This document shows positions 49,871 to 63,199 of a DNA stretch of 64,000 nt, one piece after another (position 1 is the first letter of the stretch; every line of letters starts with the position of its first letter). Both the position numbers and the translations under genes were made by a program. The notes under the pieces were generated by a model. It saw only the letters and a program-made list of their open reading frames with translations, did no database searches and was not told the DNA's origin. This DNA is from Camelus dromedarius (taxonomy: Eukaryota), in NCBI RefSeq assembly GCF_036321535.1, contig NC_087436.1, positions 19,284,001 through 19,348,000 of the forward strand, read 5' to 3'.

Positions 49871-52402
49871 AGGCACACTACTAGAATATTTGTTCTGACT
49901 ACTCTACAAGGTATTTAGCTGGACCACAAACCCAGAACACTAGTTTCTTCCTCTGATATCTGTTCCTTTCAGACTCACCCATTTTCTCCTCTCCTTTGTT
50001 TTCTAATTGATTGAGAATCTTTATATCTATGAAGTGTCAAAAGATATTCAAGAGGAGGCACTAAATAAAACAGATGATCCTGCATTCAGCTTAAGGATGC
50101 TGGCTAAAATCAAGTGACTTTTGTACATATTGTGATTCTGACATTGGTACTACTGGGAACTTAAGAAATGTGGTGGTTACTAAAGCTATGGCCGGTGGAT
50201 GTGCAGAATGAGGGGTCCCTGAATCTATTAGCATGGTGAGGGTGATCCTAGAAAGATGAGCTTTTTCATAGACACCTTACAGAAATCTGAAGTAATGTTA
50301 TGAAAGAATGAAAAATACATTGGGGAACAGCTTGGAAACTGAAGTACATTTTGATTTAACTTACGTTAACAGAAATGTAATGTAAAAGTGAAAGGATCTA
50401 ACAAAACCATTAATAATTAAAAAATAATTACAGATAGTCTATCCTTGCTATTCATAACCACTCAACACTTTAGACAAAGAAAACGGAATACTCTTAATGG
50501 GAATGAGATGTGAGCAGACTGCTAATGAGAAGTTAACTGAGGACTGGGCATTTGTCAGAGGAGACGAGTTTCCTGGTTTCCCCCACCTGCATATTTTAAT
50601 TCTCTCAGAGTTACCTTGGACCTTCCTCCTTCCATCAGCATAGACCCTGAGTGTCAGAGTTTATGCAACAGAAATCTCTTGAGCAATAAGAATACAGACC
50701 TTATCGAATTGTGAAGATCAGGGGCACCAGATGGCTTGTCTATTAACCATCCTCATTGACAAATATTTATAGGTGCCTAAGAGACACATGCTTCTCTAAT
50801 AGATTTTGGGTGGACAGTTCCATTCCACGAGGATTTCACAAAACAATGACCCTCTGAAGCAGCAGTTTGGTCCCTGTCTCCATTAGTGATCACTTAAAAA
50901 ATATTAGTCATCCTTTAAGGATTCATTGTCATCCTTATTCTTGTACTCCTGATCAAAGGAAATGTGTCCCAGTATTTTTTTAAAATGTGTGTGTGTGTTT
51001 TTCTGTTACCTAAATTATATCTATTTTCTTTCCAGTATATAGTTTTCAGTGTCCAAAGTCTTTAGAGCAGTTTTCTACACATAATCGTGGAGCAAACTTT
51101 TAATCATGCACTAAACCTTTAAAAATATGTTGGGAAGGAAGATACAGTGACTACATTCTGCCTTTCACTGCATATTCTTCTTTATTTTGTTTGAGAGACA
51201 CATGGGACTGCCCTAGAATGCTCTGTTGACGTTTGGAGGCACTAGGAGGAAATCAAAGCAGGCTGGCAGAAAGCAAACTTCACTGCCTCTTTTCAGAGAT
51301 AAAGGGAATTCTTACAAAAGGAGAGATTTGCAGACATACAACTGGAATTCAGTGAAGTCATGGCTGAGGCATCTGCTGGGAACCTATCAGGAAATGCAGA
51401 CCTACAGTCCACGTCAAATCTTTCAAATATAAAGAATTTGAACCTTCCTTCCTTCCTTCCTTTCTTCCTTCCTTCCTCATCTCCAGATGAATTAGAAACA
51501 AAAACAGCACGTCTTTTGCAGGAAACAGAAAAACCTAAGGAGAAATGCTAATAGATTGCCTGCAAAGATTATGAATACTTCTTAGCTGTACAAATATGAC
51601 CTGGGTGCATAAAACATGTTAGAGTCCATGTAGGTGTCCACTCTCATTTTTTTTAATGCAGCAGAAGAACATTATGACAACAATAATAACAAACTCATGT
51701 TTAAACATTTATCCTTTCTTGAAATTTTACATATTGCCTATGATTTGTGTATAAATCTCATATATACTGAAGTGAGAGAATCAACCATAGAATTATAATA
51801 TTTGAATACAAATATGTGCTTTCATCTCTCTTTTCTCTCTTCTATATGCATATACAGGTCATCAGGACCTAGCTCAGCTAACATGTGCTCTGGAATATGT
51901 TAGAACTTATGCCTTGGCTAGTTTTTTCTGAAATGCACTCAAGACATTAAATTGCTCTAGCATTGTGATAAGCATGCTGTATTTGAAAGCATTAAGATCG
52001 CTCCTCTTCAAAACACAAATGCTATGCCCTTTGTGATGCTATGTGCTCAATGAACTCCTTCTTTGCTTGTCAAGGGCAAGGCCAAAGAAGGCATTGTCAA
52101 CATTGTGCTTACTTGACATAGTCCTATATTCATATTCCATTGGTTTCTCCTGGACCCCATTGTCTAGTCTGGACCACGTGATCAATCAGTTCTATAGAAA
52201 CCCTGCTAGACACCTTGATTCATTTTTCCCTTGCAGTTCCAATTTCGAACTTACCTTTCCTGTTTTTTCTACTTTTGTCTACAGACTGCTGATTTCACTG
52301 GACATAGAAGAATAGGCTAGTTTCTCTTTAAATTACAATTTACCATATATTCATGCTACTCATTTAATATATCCATATCAGATATATACAGATATGTGTA
52401 TC

Positions 52403-53175
52403 TGTAGTAGCTTGGCACTCATCTTCCTTTTGGTGTGACTTCCTCTACTGCATAGTCTGCGAAACTCAAAAACTACATTTTCCAGACTCTCTTACAGTTC
52501 AGGCACTGGCTGTGACTGAGAGGCAGAGATGTGGCTCCGTTATTCTCTGTTGGTGTGAATCTAAGAAGAGTGGTACTAGACTTCAATTAAAAAAAAAAAA
52601 GATGTGAGGATGGGCAGGAAAACCACTTTCCCAGACTAGAGATGTAGAGAAGGAAGTAGCAGAGATTTGGCTCAGGTCTGCATGATGCAGCAGGGAGATG
52701 TGTCCTGGACATGTGGAATGGAAAGGGACTCACGGCCGCAGACATGTTTTCTCCATGAAAATGAGGCTGCACAGAGCTGCAGGCTGAGCACCAAGACAAA
52801 GGTGAGCTGTGCCATCCCTGGTGCCTAGTCTCGGAGCCTGGTGTCCAGTAGGCGCTGATTCTCAGGAGCCTGTGGTAGAGCACTGCTCTGGCCAGGGAGC
52901 TGGAAGGGTGCCTCCCCTCCCTGATGGGTTCCCCTGCTCCCACCCCTGTTCCCGTGGGTCACCCCTCCCGCAAGCTGGTTCTGCCTCTGCACAGCTCTTC
53001 ACCCTGAAAGGTCCTTTCTCAGCTCAGGTGGGGTTAGTACCTGGGACTTCCATTCACTGGTGTGAGTCCTTTCCTCCGAAGCCTAATAGAAGGTACCACC
53101 TCTTCTTCTCCCGGGTGTCTGAAAAGGATCGAGTGAGGACCCTTCCTCATAGGGAATTAGTGCTAAACAGCTGAA
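52403..53175. mobile_element. Old ERVL-type LTR fragments (LTR33/LTR16-like)
   Basis: Starts tgtagtag; aaaactacattttccagactctctt and aaaaccactttcccagact motifs typical of these families; boundaries uncertain. Confidence 0.5.
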
Positions 53176-53234
53176 AAAAAGAACCACAACCCATTTGGCT
53201 TTGCTTAGGGAGAAAAAAAAAAAGCCACAGAGTG

Positions 53235-53540
53235 AAAACTGGGAACATCTAAATGTCCAATAATGGAGAAATAGTTTAGTAAACTAATATAGCTATATTC
53301 TTAATTAATATTCAGCCATTGCAATCATTCAGAGAACATTTCATGATATGGGAAAATACACTCTTTAAGAAAAAGCAAACAATATTAAATAATGATTTTT
53401 GGTTGTTGTTCAAAAGAAGTATAGAGATGCACAGAAAATAGTGAAAAAATAAGTGTTTCATTTAAGGGTTGCATTGTGAAAGATTTTAATTTTCTGAATT
53501 GTCTATGATGAACTGTATTTTTATTATCAGAATTACATGT
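53235..53540 (+). mobile_element. Degenerate L1ME-like 3' fragment
   Basis: aaactgggaacatctaaatgtccaataatggagaaatagtttagtaaact. Confidence 0.6.
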
Positions 53541-54339
53541 GTGTATGGACTTAGATGCTGTTATGGATAGAACTTTCCCAGGTTGCATACTTGTTCTTGC
53601 AAGATTCATTGCATCTCTTATTTAAAGTGCTGTAACTAAGTGATCCATCAGCTGAATCATCAGCTGAACTCACTCACTATCACTAGCTGTAGTGAATATT
53701 TACAGATTGGAAATGGTACTTAATTGACTTGAGAAGGATGTATTTTGCCATCTAAGGTTTATAGTACATCTCCGAAATGTGGCAAAGCTCACAGTTTTGT
53801 ACAGAGAAGCCAGTCTTGAACTACCGGACACTCAACTGTGGATCACACAGAATGACCCTCTATGGCCTCAATCATTTCAGCTGCAATCCATGTCACCTCT
53901 CTTTGCCTAGAGTGGGACCAAGATGTTCCCTAGGTCGCTAAAAGACAGGGACAAGAAGGCGTGTATCATCAGACCCTGTATTTTCACCCTTTCCAACACT
54001 TTATTCGGGAAAAAATGCACAGTTGGCTAGTTTAAGGGAAAAAAGACACTTGACTGAGAAAGCATCTCTACTTTCAGAGGCAGGATCCCTTATATTTTCC
54101 ATCTTGGTCCCCTGGATGATAGACACTTGCAGAACTTTTGTAAACTAGTTGTTGTTGTTTTTAATTGAAAAATGAACACACAATGATGATTGGATTTATG
54201 CTCAAGATGGTGCAGTAACTTCAATCTTTAACCACCCCATTAGCTGCAAACACACAGCAAACTTAGATGAAATATAAGAAAAGAAAACCTTATAGGGCTT
54301 TGTCTAGCTAAATAATTTGATCAAGAAATGTATCATGAA

Positions 54340-54486
54340 GGGGAAAAGATATAGCTCAGTGGTAGAGTGTGTGCTTAGGATGCACAAGGTCCTGGGTTCA
54401 ATCCCCAGTACCTCCATTAGAAAGATAAATAAACAGATAGATAAACCTAATTACCTACCCCCTCAAAAATTTTTTTAAGAGAAGAA
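54340..54486 (+). mobile_element. tRNA-Ala-derived SINE (vic-1 type) with 13-bp TSD
   Basis: atagctcagtggtagag...ggtcctgggttcaatccccagtacctcca...taaacctaattacc. TSD AAATGTAT(C/T)ATGA at 54326-54338 and 54487-54499. Confidence 0.9.
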
Positions 54487-57099
54487 AAATGTATTATGAG
54501 ATTCATGGGCTCAAGTAATATAGACAGATTTGTTGATAAAGATTTAGAATGATGGATAGAGAAGAGGTAACTTATGTATGTGTTTACTGTCCAGTTAGTA
54601 CATGTGAGGATTCTTTCTTCACACTATACAGGGACCACCTCTTCCTGTACATGTCCAGGAACCATCTCTTCATGTTCTTAATTGTTACATATGCTCTTCC
54701 TGGCTGATTATCATATCTCCTATGATAAGAAAAAGATAGCTCTTTAGAACATATTTGTGTTCATACAATATAGATTTTCTTGCTCTGCAATGTCCTAACA
54801 CCTTTTATTTAATGCTGGTTGCATCATAATTCATGATTCTGCATCCTGCCTCCTGTGATCCATGAATACTGACATCCACTGATCTTCTCAAACATTGTAG
54901 TGCGCTTTGTTGATGATGACCTCAAATGCAAGTCACACTCAGAGTATCCAGAAAAATGTGAATTATAATTTGTTCTCTGGTGATGTTAAATTTACCTCTC
55001 AGAATTTTATAGAATAAGGATAAAATAGTATATTTTCCAACCATGTTTTCTCTTGCAATTTTTTAGGCCATGAACAGTGCCTTTCTAGATTGTACAGTGT
55101 TAACTGCACCCTGTCTTCCACACCCCATCACTGGCAGGAAAGATAGGTGAGGCCACTCACATGGGCAGAGAAAAAGATGGACTCAGTGATATCCATCCTT
55201 AATTTAGCACAACATAAAGCCAATCCAGGAGAACACGGCATCACCAATCCAGAAGAACATAGCATCTAACTGGGAATAGTGCCAAAAGAGGACATTGATC
55301 AGAAGAGCTTTGACATTGTGGACTCATAGTTTCAAAGTCTCTCAGAGGAGGAAGCATGGCCATCCAGAGGATGCTTGACATGGGTAAAGAGGGTGAGCTA
55401 ACCACTTTTAGTTCCAGGGGCAGAAGGCGAGCAGTAAAAGCCTGACACCCTCCCTCCCCTTTTCCTCTGCTCCTGGGTGCTGTAGCTTAGTGGTGACATT
55501 GTGATTAGAAGACGGGTTGCCAAAAGTCAATACCCAGGCCTAGACACTTGGCTCAAGCCCCAAATTAGAGTGTCAATAGCATCCTGGTGCCGCTGTCTCA
55601 TACTGTTCTGTGAAAGGAATACTACACTGGCCGCAGCAGTAATCCACTTACTAAACTGCCCTCCTGGAACAAGAATGTGGCTACAGTAATTTAGGGTGAC
55701 CCCATAGGCTCCATTCGTGGATGTCTTTGGGATATCTGGTTGAAAACACGAGTAGAGTGCAGGGTCTAAAAGCAAGCTGAGGAGAAAACTGGGACCAGGA
55801 TCTATACAGGTCCCAGTGCAGGCACAAAATGCACTTCTCAGACAGACAGCCGGGCTGGCCAAGTCCCATTTTGGCAACAGAAGAGGAATTAGAAGATTCC
55901 GGGAAGTGCTTCTGGCAACGAGGACCCATGCAAGATCAAGTCTGAGCTCCACAAGCCCTGTCTGGATGGCACTGCTGGTTTTGGCCAACTCAAGGCATCA
56001 GAGGATGACTTTAAAAATTTCAAGGAAGGTACACCAAAGCCCAGGGCTCCTCCCGAAGGATGGGCCTGGCACAGTGCCTAGTTTGCCCTGGTTTGAAAGC
56101 AGTACTGCTTGGATGGACTACACCTGAGAATGGAAGGTTTGTTTTTTTTTAAAGTAAGATATTTATGGAAAAAAAATCAATAATTCCAGGAAATAGGACC
56201 AAATGACTAGTTTTACCTGTCTCTTTCAAAAAAAAAAGCAAATGAGAGAAAATGTTTAAAGTAACCATTAGTGACAGCATGATGCAGTGAATTTTTATTT
56301 GAGGTTCAAATGTTCGATTTAGCATTTTATGTACTATCATTTGGATAGTGAAATGTATTGTCTGAAATTTATAATTTAGGCATTAAAAAAGGCATCCTAG
56401 TAAAATTTCCCCATTCAGAGACTAGGATACAGATGATTTTCAGAGCCAATTTTACCAATAAATTAAAATACATTCAATAATATCTTTATGTTCTTATTGA
56501 TTTCCCCCGAAAGTTATTTTAGCTTTTAAATAAGCACCCATGCTGTATTTTCAACTACTATTTCGAACAGAAGTAAATCTGAAAAGAAATGTTATAGCAT
56601 CACGAAGAGTTTTCCTTAAAATCTCAGTTCATTTTGTGCAACACTGAACCCTGGAAGTAAATCACTCATGTATATGAAATCACTAAGTGAATGAAACTTT
56701 TCTACAGTGAATACACACACACACAGTTTGATTCAAGATGTTTCAGAGCAAGTTTGACATTTTCTTCCCCTTATGGATGGGATGTTTAAAGTCTTCAGTG
56801 GTAAGTTCATTTTAATTTTGCTTGTTTCCATTCTTCATTCCTCTGGCAACTTCAGGTTTTTACCAAATGACTGGCCCTATCACCTGGCCCAGTTTTTCCT
56901 GGCAACACAAAAAGGGAAGAGGAATCACTGGAGAAAGAGGTCCTACTGAGACCACACACGTGGGGTCGCTGTAATGGGCAGCTTTTGATTTACTCTTCAC
57001 TAACAAGAGCCCTCAAAGAAGTTTCAGGGGCTGCACATTTTGTTCACAGAGGATTTCCCTATAAAGACATTTTATGTAGGAAAACGGCCTGTCGACCGC

Positions 57100-57340
57100 T
57101 TTATTTTTTTTAATTAATTAATTTTTTTCTTCCAGTTTTATTGAGACATACTGAGACACAGCACTATGGAAGTTGAAGGTGTCCAGCATGATGATTTGGC
57201 TTACAAACCTCAAGAAACGATTATCACAGTAAGTTTAGTAAACTTCCATTATCTCATCCAGATACAAAATTAAAGAAATAGAAAACTTTGTTCTCATGAT
57301 GAACTCTTAGGATTAACTCTCTTAATAACTTTCATATATC
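57100..57340 (-). mobile_element. Antisense L1 3' terminus
   Basis: T-rich tail, then ccagttttattgagacata...gaactcttaggattaactctctt. Confidence 0.75.
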
Positions 57341-57344
57341 ACAT

Positions 57345-57690
57345 CTATCAATAAATTCAGTAAAGTTACAGGATACAAAATTAATATGCAGAAATCTGTT
57401 GCATTTCTGTACGCTAACAACGAACTATCAGAAAGAGAAATTAAGAAAACAATCCCCTTTACAATTGCATCAAAAAGGATAAAATCTTAGGAATAAATCA
57501 AACTAAGGAGGTAGAAGACCTGTTCTTGGAAAACTGCAAGACGCTGATGAAAGAAACTGAAGATGACTCAGACAGATGGAAAGATTATACTGCGTTCATG
57601 GAAGAATTCATATTGTTGGAAGAATTCATATTGTTCAAATGTCCATCCCATCCAAGGCAATCTACAGATTTAACGTGCATTTTAATAGAG
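57345..57690 (+). mobile_element. L1 ORF2 (RT-region) fragment
   Basis: Reads [45 protein letters not shown], then after a frameshift [23 protein letters not shown]. Confidence 0.9.
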
Positions 57691-58666
57691 CTCAAAGTGA
57701 ATCTTTAGTTGTAGAGGGTCCAGCATTAGTAAAGAAGACAATGATGGAGAAAGAAAAGTGGCCTTCAAATCATAGAATGTGAATTGCTGTTTATTCCACT
57801 ACTTTTTAGGGTGGACAGGACAAAAAGAGGGAAAACCACTTAGGTCCACTTGGTAAGACAAGCGGAGAGCTGACCTGTTGCCGAGAGAATGTAAACCTGT
57901 GAATAGGCCATGGGTAAAACTGAGGACAACACTGAAGTATTAGCTTCAATAATTCAACATGCATGTAAGTATCCGATGCATATAAGATTGATGAGAGATA
58001 AGACACTTGTCAAAGGAAATAGATACTTAAATTTTACCCACTTTGGCCATATTACTTCATTCAACTACTCTTTGCCATTTTTATGGATCGAACAACAGAG
58101 TTGAAGGAAAACATGGCTTTAAAATGGTGAAAAAAGTGTCAAAGATACAGCTGGAGTTCTTCCGTAAGGAACGCAATTCTGCTCCTTGTGCAATTTGAAA
58201 TGGCAGCAATTAGTTTCTTAGTGGGACTAATCACTTGCACAAAGAGAAAACATGGCATTTTTAGATACAGAATCAGTATTTGATATGATCAGCAAATTCC
58301 TAATTTGAAGAAAGAAAAATAGCTTCAGGGTCTGGGCAGGCCAGTGTGGTAAGCCACGCATGTAAAGTGACGAGCCTTTGATTAGGAATATAAATAATTA
58401 TTAGCTTATACCACATAGTGTTTTTCCTTTTTTCTCTTCCATGCTCTGTATCTGCAGGATATTTTATAGAATTTAACTGTGGGGAGAAGGGCAAGCTAGG
58501 GAAGGGGCCTTGATCCTCAGTTATCTCTTGTTAATACAGAATTCTGAATGCTTTGCTAAATGCAGATTCCTGTAGTCAGAGGCTAAGGAAAATCCTAATT
58601 GTCAGCTGTGGACTGAATACAGTAACATTTGGGAGATTCTAAGACACCTTGTTTCTTTCTTTCTTG

Positions 58667-58698
58667 CCTGCTTGCTTGCTTGCTTGCTTGCTCGCTTG
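58667..58698. repeat. (GCTT)n microsatellite
   Basis: Direct reading. Confidence 0.9.
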
Positions 58699-60469
58699 TT
58701 TTTGTCCTCTTTAACTGTTGTTTTATTAAGCAAGTAATATATATTTATTTTTTGAGAAAATACATAATGTAGATTATTTTTTTAAATCAACCATAATCAT
58801 GTTACACTGAGATACTGATTGTTAGTTGAAAATTTAATGCCTAATCTCCATGGTGTGTTAAAGTTTTTCTTTAGGAAATCAAGTCTGTGTTATTTAGCTT
58901 GTTTGTAATAGGAAAAAAATTTTTAAAAACATCCTTAAGGTCCAGCTATAAGAAGTCCAGTAAAGATACATGTGGTTATGGGTAAGTACCTATGTGTTTA
59001 TATGCATGAGACTTAGTTAAATGGTATCAGACTATCTATGTATTGTAAGACACCTTGTTTCTGTTTCCTTTTTTTAAACAAAATTACTAGTAATTGAATA
59101 AAAAATGACTATTAATTGTATATTCAAAACCTAAATAGGAACATATTCAGTTTTAGATAACAGTGCTTTCATGCCAAAATGACCATTGAGATTGTGCAGC
59201 CTTTTTTTTTCCAGACTTTTTATTTATGGGATTAATTCTAATTAAGTCATTCTTATTCACCTCCAGTGATATAAGCAGTACTATTATCTCAGTTTCTTAG
59301 TAAAAGAAAAATGGAGTGTATTTTGACTAAACGTTTTTCTGAGAATCAAAACATTGAACTTTGATGAAGTGACTTTTTGGACTTTAGAAAACTGTATTAT
59401 ATTTAAGCTTGAAGAAACTCATCTTGAACATACAGATGTACAGATAATGTGGGATGCCTCCTTAGCATCTAAAGGAATTGTGTTTTCTCAGCTCTTTGCT
59501 GAGACAACAAATGGATAAATTAACTGCAAACTCATTATGAACAGTTTATTTTCAGGTAATTTAAACAAGGAATCAGTACTGATGCTCAGTGTTGATGTGC
59601 AGTTTGCCTCCAAGCCCTCATCCTGCAGGTATAGTAATTTATGAACCAGTGCCTGGGAGACTGTCCTTCATGGCTCATGTCTTAGCTGTGTATTTCCGAC
59701 CCACCATTTATTCCTCAATTTACTTTGACTCATTTTTGGCCACTTTCAAATACTAATATTTATTCAGTAATTGTAGAGAACTTGAGTCACTTTGTCTGAA
59801 ACTGTTTTAAGTTCTTCCCTTAGATTACAGGCTTTCTGTCTCTTGGCAGTGTCCATTCATTTTCGCCTTCTCTGTTTTAATCTTGTCCTTGATTTCCATT
59901 GTCCTGGGTCACGCTCTTTCTACATGATTTTTTCCTCTTGTGTATTTCCTAGAACTTGGAGAGGGACTTCATAGGCTTCTACGGATATCAGCAGAAAAAG
60001 AAAGAAATCTTTAAACCCAGAGTGAAAGTCTTTCCTCAGTATTCAAAATTTTCATTTTTTTCTCATTCATGTTAAAGGTCCCTGCTGCCAGGAAAGTGTT
60101 TTCCATGGTGGAGAGAATTCGGTGGATATAAGTATAGGAATGGTCATTAGTAACGTGATCCATGATCCACGTTTCTCACCCCCAGGAATAAAAAAAAAGA
60201 ATTTTATCTGGAATCTTTTATTTCAAAAGTAGAATGCACCTTCAGAAAGTTCAACTTTAGATGTTTGATATGGAGGTTTTGAGACATAGATGTTTTAAAA
60301 TATCAAGAACAAATAAATATATAAATAAAATACCAAGAACAGATTTATGCTTTAAAACATTCTCAGTTTGTCCTGGATCGGAGGGAAGATGAAAAATGGC
60401 GGTTTAAAGTGCTATATATTCTTCATACCAGTCATTGAATCAAATATGCTTCGTAAGCCAAAATACTCT

Positions 60470-61350
60470 TTTAGTCATTCAGCTGAAAAAAATGATCAAA
60501 TGCCCACTAAGTTTTACATATCCTATTCGGTGCTATGGAATCAACAGTGAAGAAGATAAATTCCAGAACTTACTTTCTAGTGGGATGGCCGGATAATTAA
60601 CAAATAGCCAAATAAATGTATAAAATCAGATGCTTAAAAACCATGAAGAAAAGTGAAAGAAGGTAAGAGGTTAGAGAAGATCGGGGTGTGCTATTTTAGA
60701 TAAAGCAGATTTGGAAAGGCTTACCAATGGGAGAAGTGCATTCCGGGAAGACGGAGGAGTTACACAAAGGCTGGAGGCAGGAGGGGGCATGATTCTTGAA
60801 GGACTGCAAGGAGCCACTGTGTCTACATTGGAGTGAAGGGGTTGGGGAGGAGGAGGAGGAGGAGCAGGGCGTGAGCTCAGAGAGGTTGTGAAGGGACAGA
60901 TCACATGGAGCCTTGTAAAGCACGGTAAAGATGGATTCCTTCCCACTGTGACAGGAAGCCATTGGAGGACTGAAGTCAGCGGAGTGAATGTGATTCAAAC
61001 GAAGTTTCGGCTTTAAAAGCTCAGTCTGGTTGCCGTGTTGAGAACAGCCTCTAGAAGACCAAGCTGGGAGTAGGGAAGCTAGTTGAAAGTCTATAACAGT
61101 AGTTCAGACAAGAGAGGATGGCAGCTCAGATTAGGGTATTAGCCATGACAATAGTGAGAAATGGTCAGTTTCAGTTTCAAGACATATTTAGAAAGTAGAA
61201 ACTATAGGATTTGCTAATAGGTTGGATATGAGATAGAGAGAAAAAGAGTCTCAAGGATGACTCCAAGATTTCAGCCTGAGCATCAGTCTGGGGTATGCGG
61301 ACATCCCATTTACTGAGAGGGAGAGCACAGGGAGAGGAAGAAGCTGAAGA
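60470..61350 (-). mobile_element. L2 (L2a-like) fragment
   Basis: gccttgtaaagcacggtaaaga...ggaagccattggagg; ggatttgctaataggttggatatg...gagtctcaaggatgactccaagattt. Confidence 0.88.
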
Positions 61351-62059
61351 AAAAAAATCAGTTAGAAAAACAATTAGAAACTGATCTGCCTATATTGTGG
61401 TGTATCTCGTATGTTTTTCCATTTTAAAGACTTCTTTTTATGATAAAATACAATATTCACACAAAGAAGAACGTAAAACACAGATATACGGTTTAACAAA
61501 TAGTAATAAAGGAAACACCTGTTTAAGCACCGGGTGGATCATTGATATTTTAAAAATCTTCCCTGATGACTTAGCATGTAGCCAAAGTTGAGAATGGCTA
61601 CCTGATGATGGTTACAAATTCAATAAGCAGTTATAATCTCTGAGATTATTTTGGGACCATCTTTCTTGAGACCAGAGGTTTGGATTATATGAATGCATAC
61701 AATCTTTTTGAATCTGTGATGAGGTGGAGCAAAATCCTGATTAATGAGAATATCCAGTTGTGGGATATGGTAGTTAATTGGTGTTTCTGGCCAAAACTTG
61801 CGTTGGTTCTTCCTGTTAAGGATGCTTTGAGAAAGTAACAGCTCTGTCTGACTATAGTAACAAAGGCAGAGTAACTCTATGTGCTGCTTTTTTCACTGTT
61901 GAGGACTGTGCCTATGTAATGTGATAATATTGTTTTCCCTATTATGTTTGTGCTGCATGGTGAGGAAGGCTAGAAGTATTTCTCTCCTGAGCTAGACAGG
62001 CAACAGTCCCTCTTTGGACCAATAAAATGAGGAATTTTTTTTAACACATTAAATTTGGG

Positions 62060-62467
62060 GGTTTTTTTGTTTCATTATTTTTTATATATATTTTTATTGA
62101 AGTATAGTCAGTTTACAATGTTGTGTCAATTTCTAGTGTACAGTACAATGCTTCAGTCATATAGGAACATCCATATATTCGTTTTCATATTCTTTTTCAC
62201 CATAGGTTACAAGATATTGAATATAGTTCCCTGTGCCATACTGTATAAACTTGTTTATCTGGTTTATGTATGTAAGTATCTGCAAATCTCGAACTCCCAA
62301 TTTGTCCCTTCCCACCTCCTCCCTCACCCCTGTAACCATAAGTTTGTTTTCTATGTCTGTGAATCTTTCTGTTCTGTAAACAAATTCATCTGTCTTTTTT
62401 TTTTTTTTTAATTCCACATACAAGTGATAGCATGTGGTATTTTTCTTTCTCTTTCTGGCTTACTTCA
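62060..62467 (-). mobile_element. Antisense young L1 3' end
   Basis: tttattgaagtatagtcagtttacaatgttgtg...ttccacatacaagtgata...ctggcttacttca. Confidence 0.9.
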
Positions 62468-63199
62468 ATATTTCAATGTCTCAATAATGTGGATATAAAG
62501 TTCACATGTATGAAGCAAAAAGTCCAGAATATCTAACAACCTATGAGCATGTATTCCTTCCACATAAAAGGTTCTGGCAATTCCGTGGGGGGCGGGGAGG
62601 GGTAGCTGGGGAGACTATACATTCTAACAAATGTATTTAAAAATCTAAGATGATTATTATATTTTCCTTCCGAAGGGAAAAAATAAATTGTCACCTTTTC
62701 AAAATAATCTCTTTGCATGTTTTCTTTAAAATTACAAAACCCCTATATTTAACATTCCGCACACTAGAATTATCTTAAAATATGCATTTTCACCAAATGT
62801 ATCGTGAAACATACTAGTAGAGCAGTAAAGAGTGGACTATACAAAAATTGCTTTTAAGGGCTATCCGTCACCCTTCCTGGCAATGCCCGGAAAAAAGAGG
62901 AACCCTATCAATCAATAGGTCCTGCATCCCACACAGTGCCAGAAGCACCTTCAAAAACGATTGGGAAAGCCAATAAATCACCTAAGATATTCTCAGATGA
63001 TCAGGCTGGAAAAGGTCTGGGGTCTCTAGCTCATCTGGGAGCATGGCTTACAGACCCAGGGCATCCCCTCTGAGTCTCTGGGGCTTACCTGCTTCCCTCT
63101 GCACCTACCTGATGTTGGCCTGGCTGCTGTCTTGTTTTGGTAATTTTTTACTTCATGAGCAGCCAGTGATGCATTAGGTATTGGATGGGAGAAGTTTAG

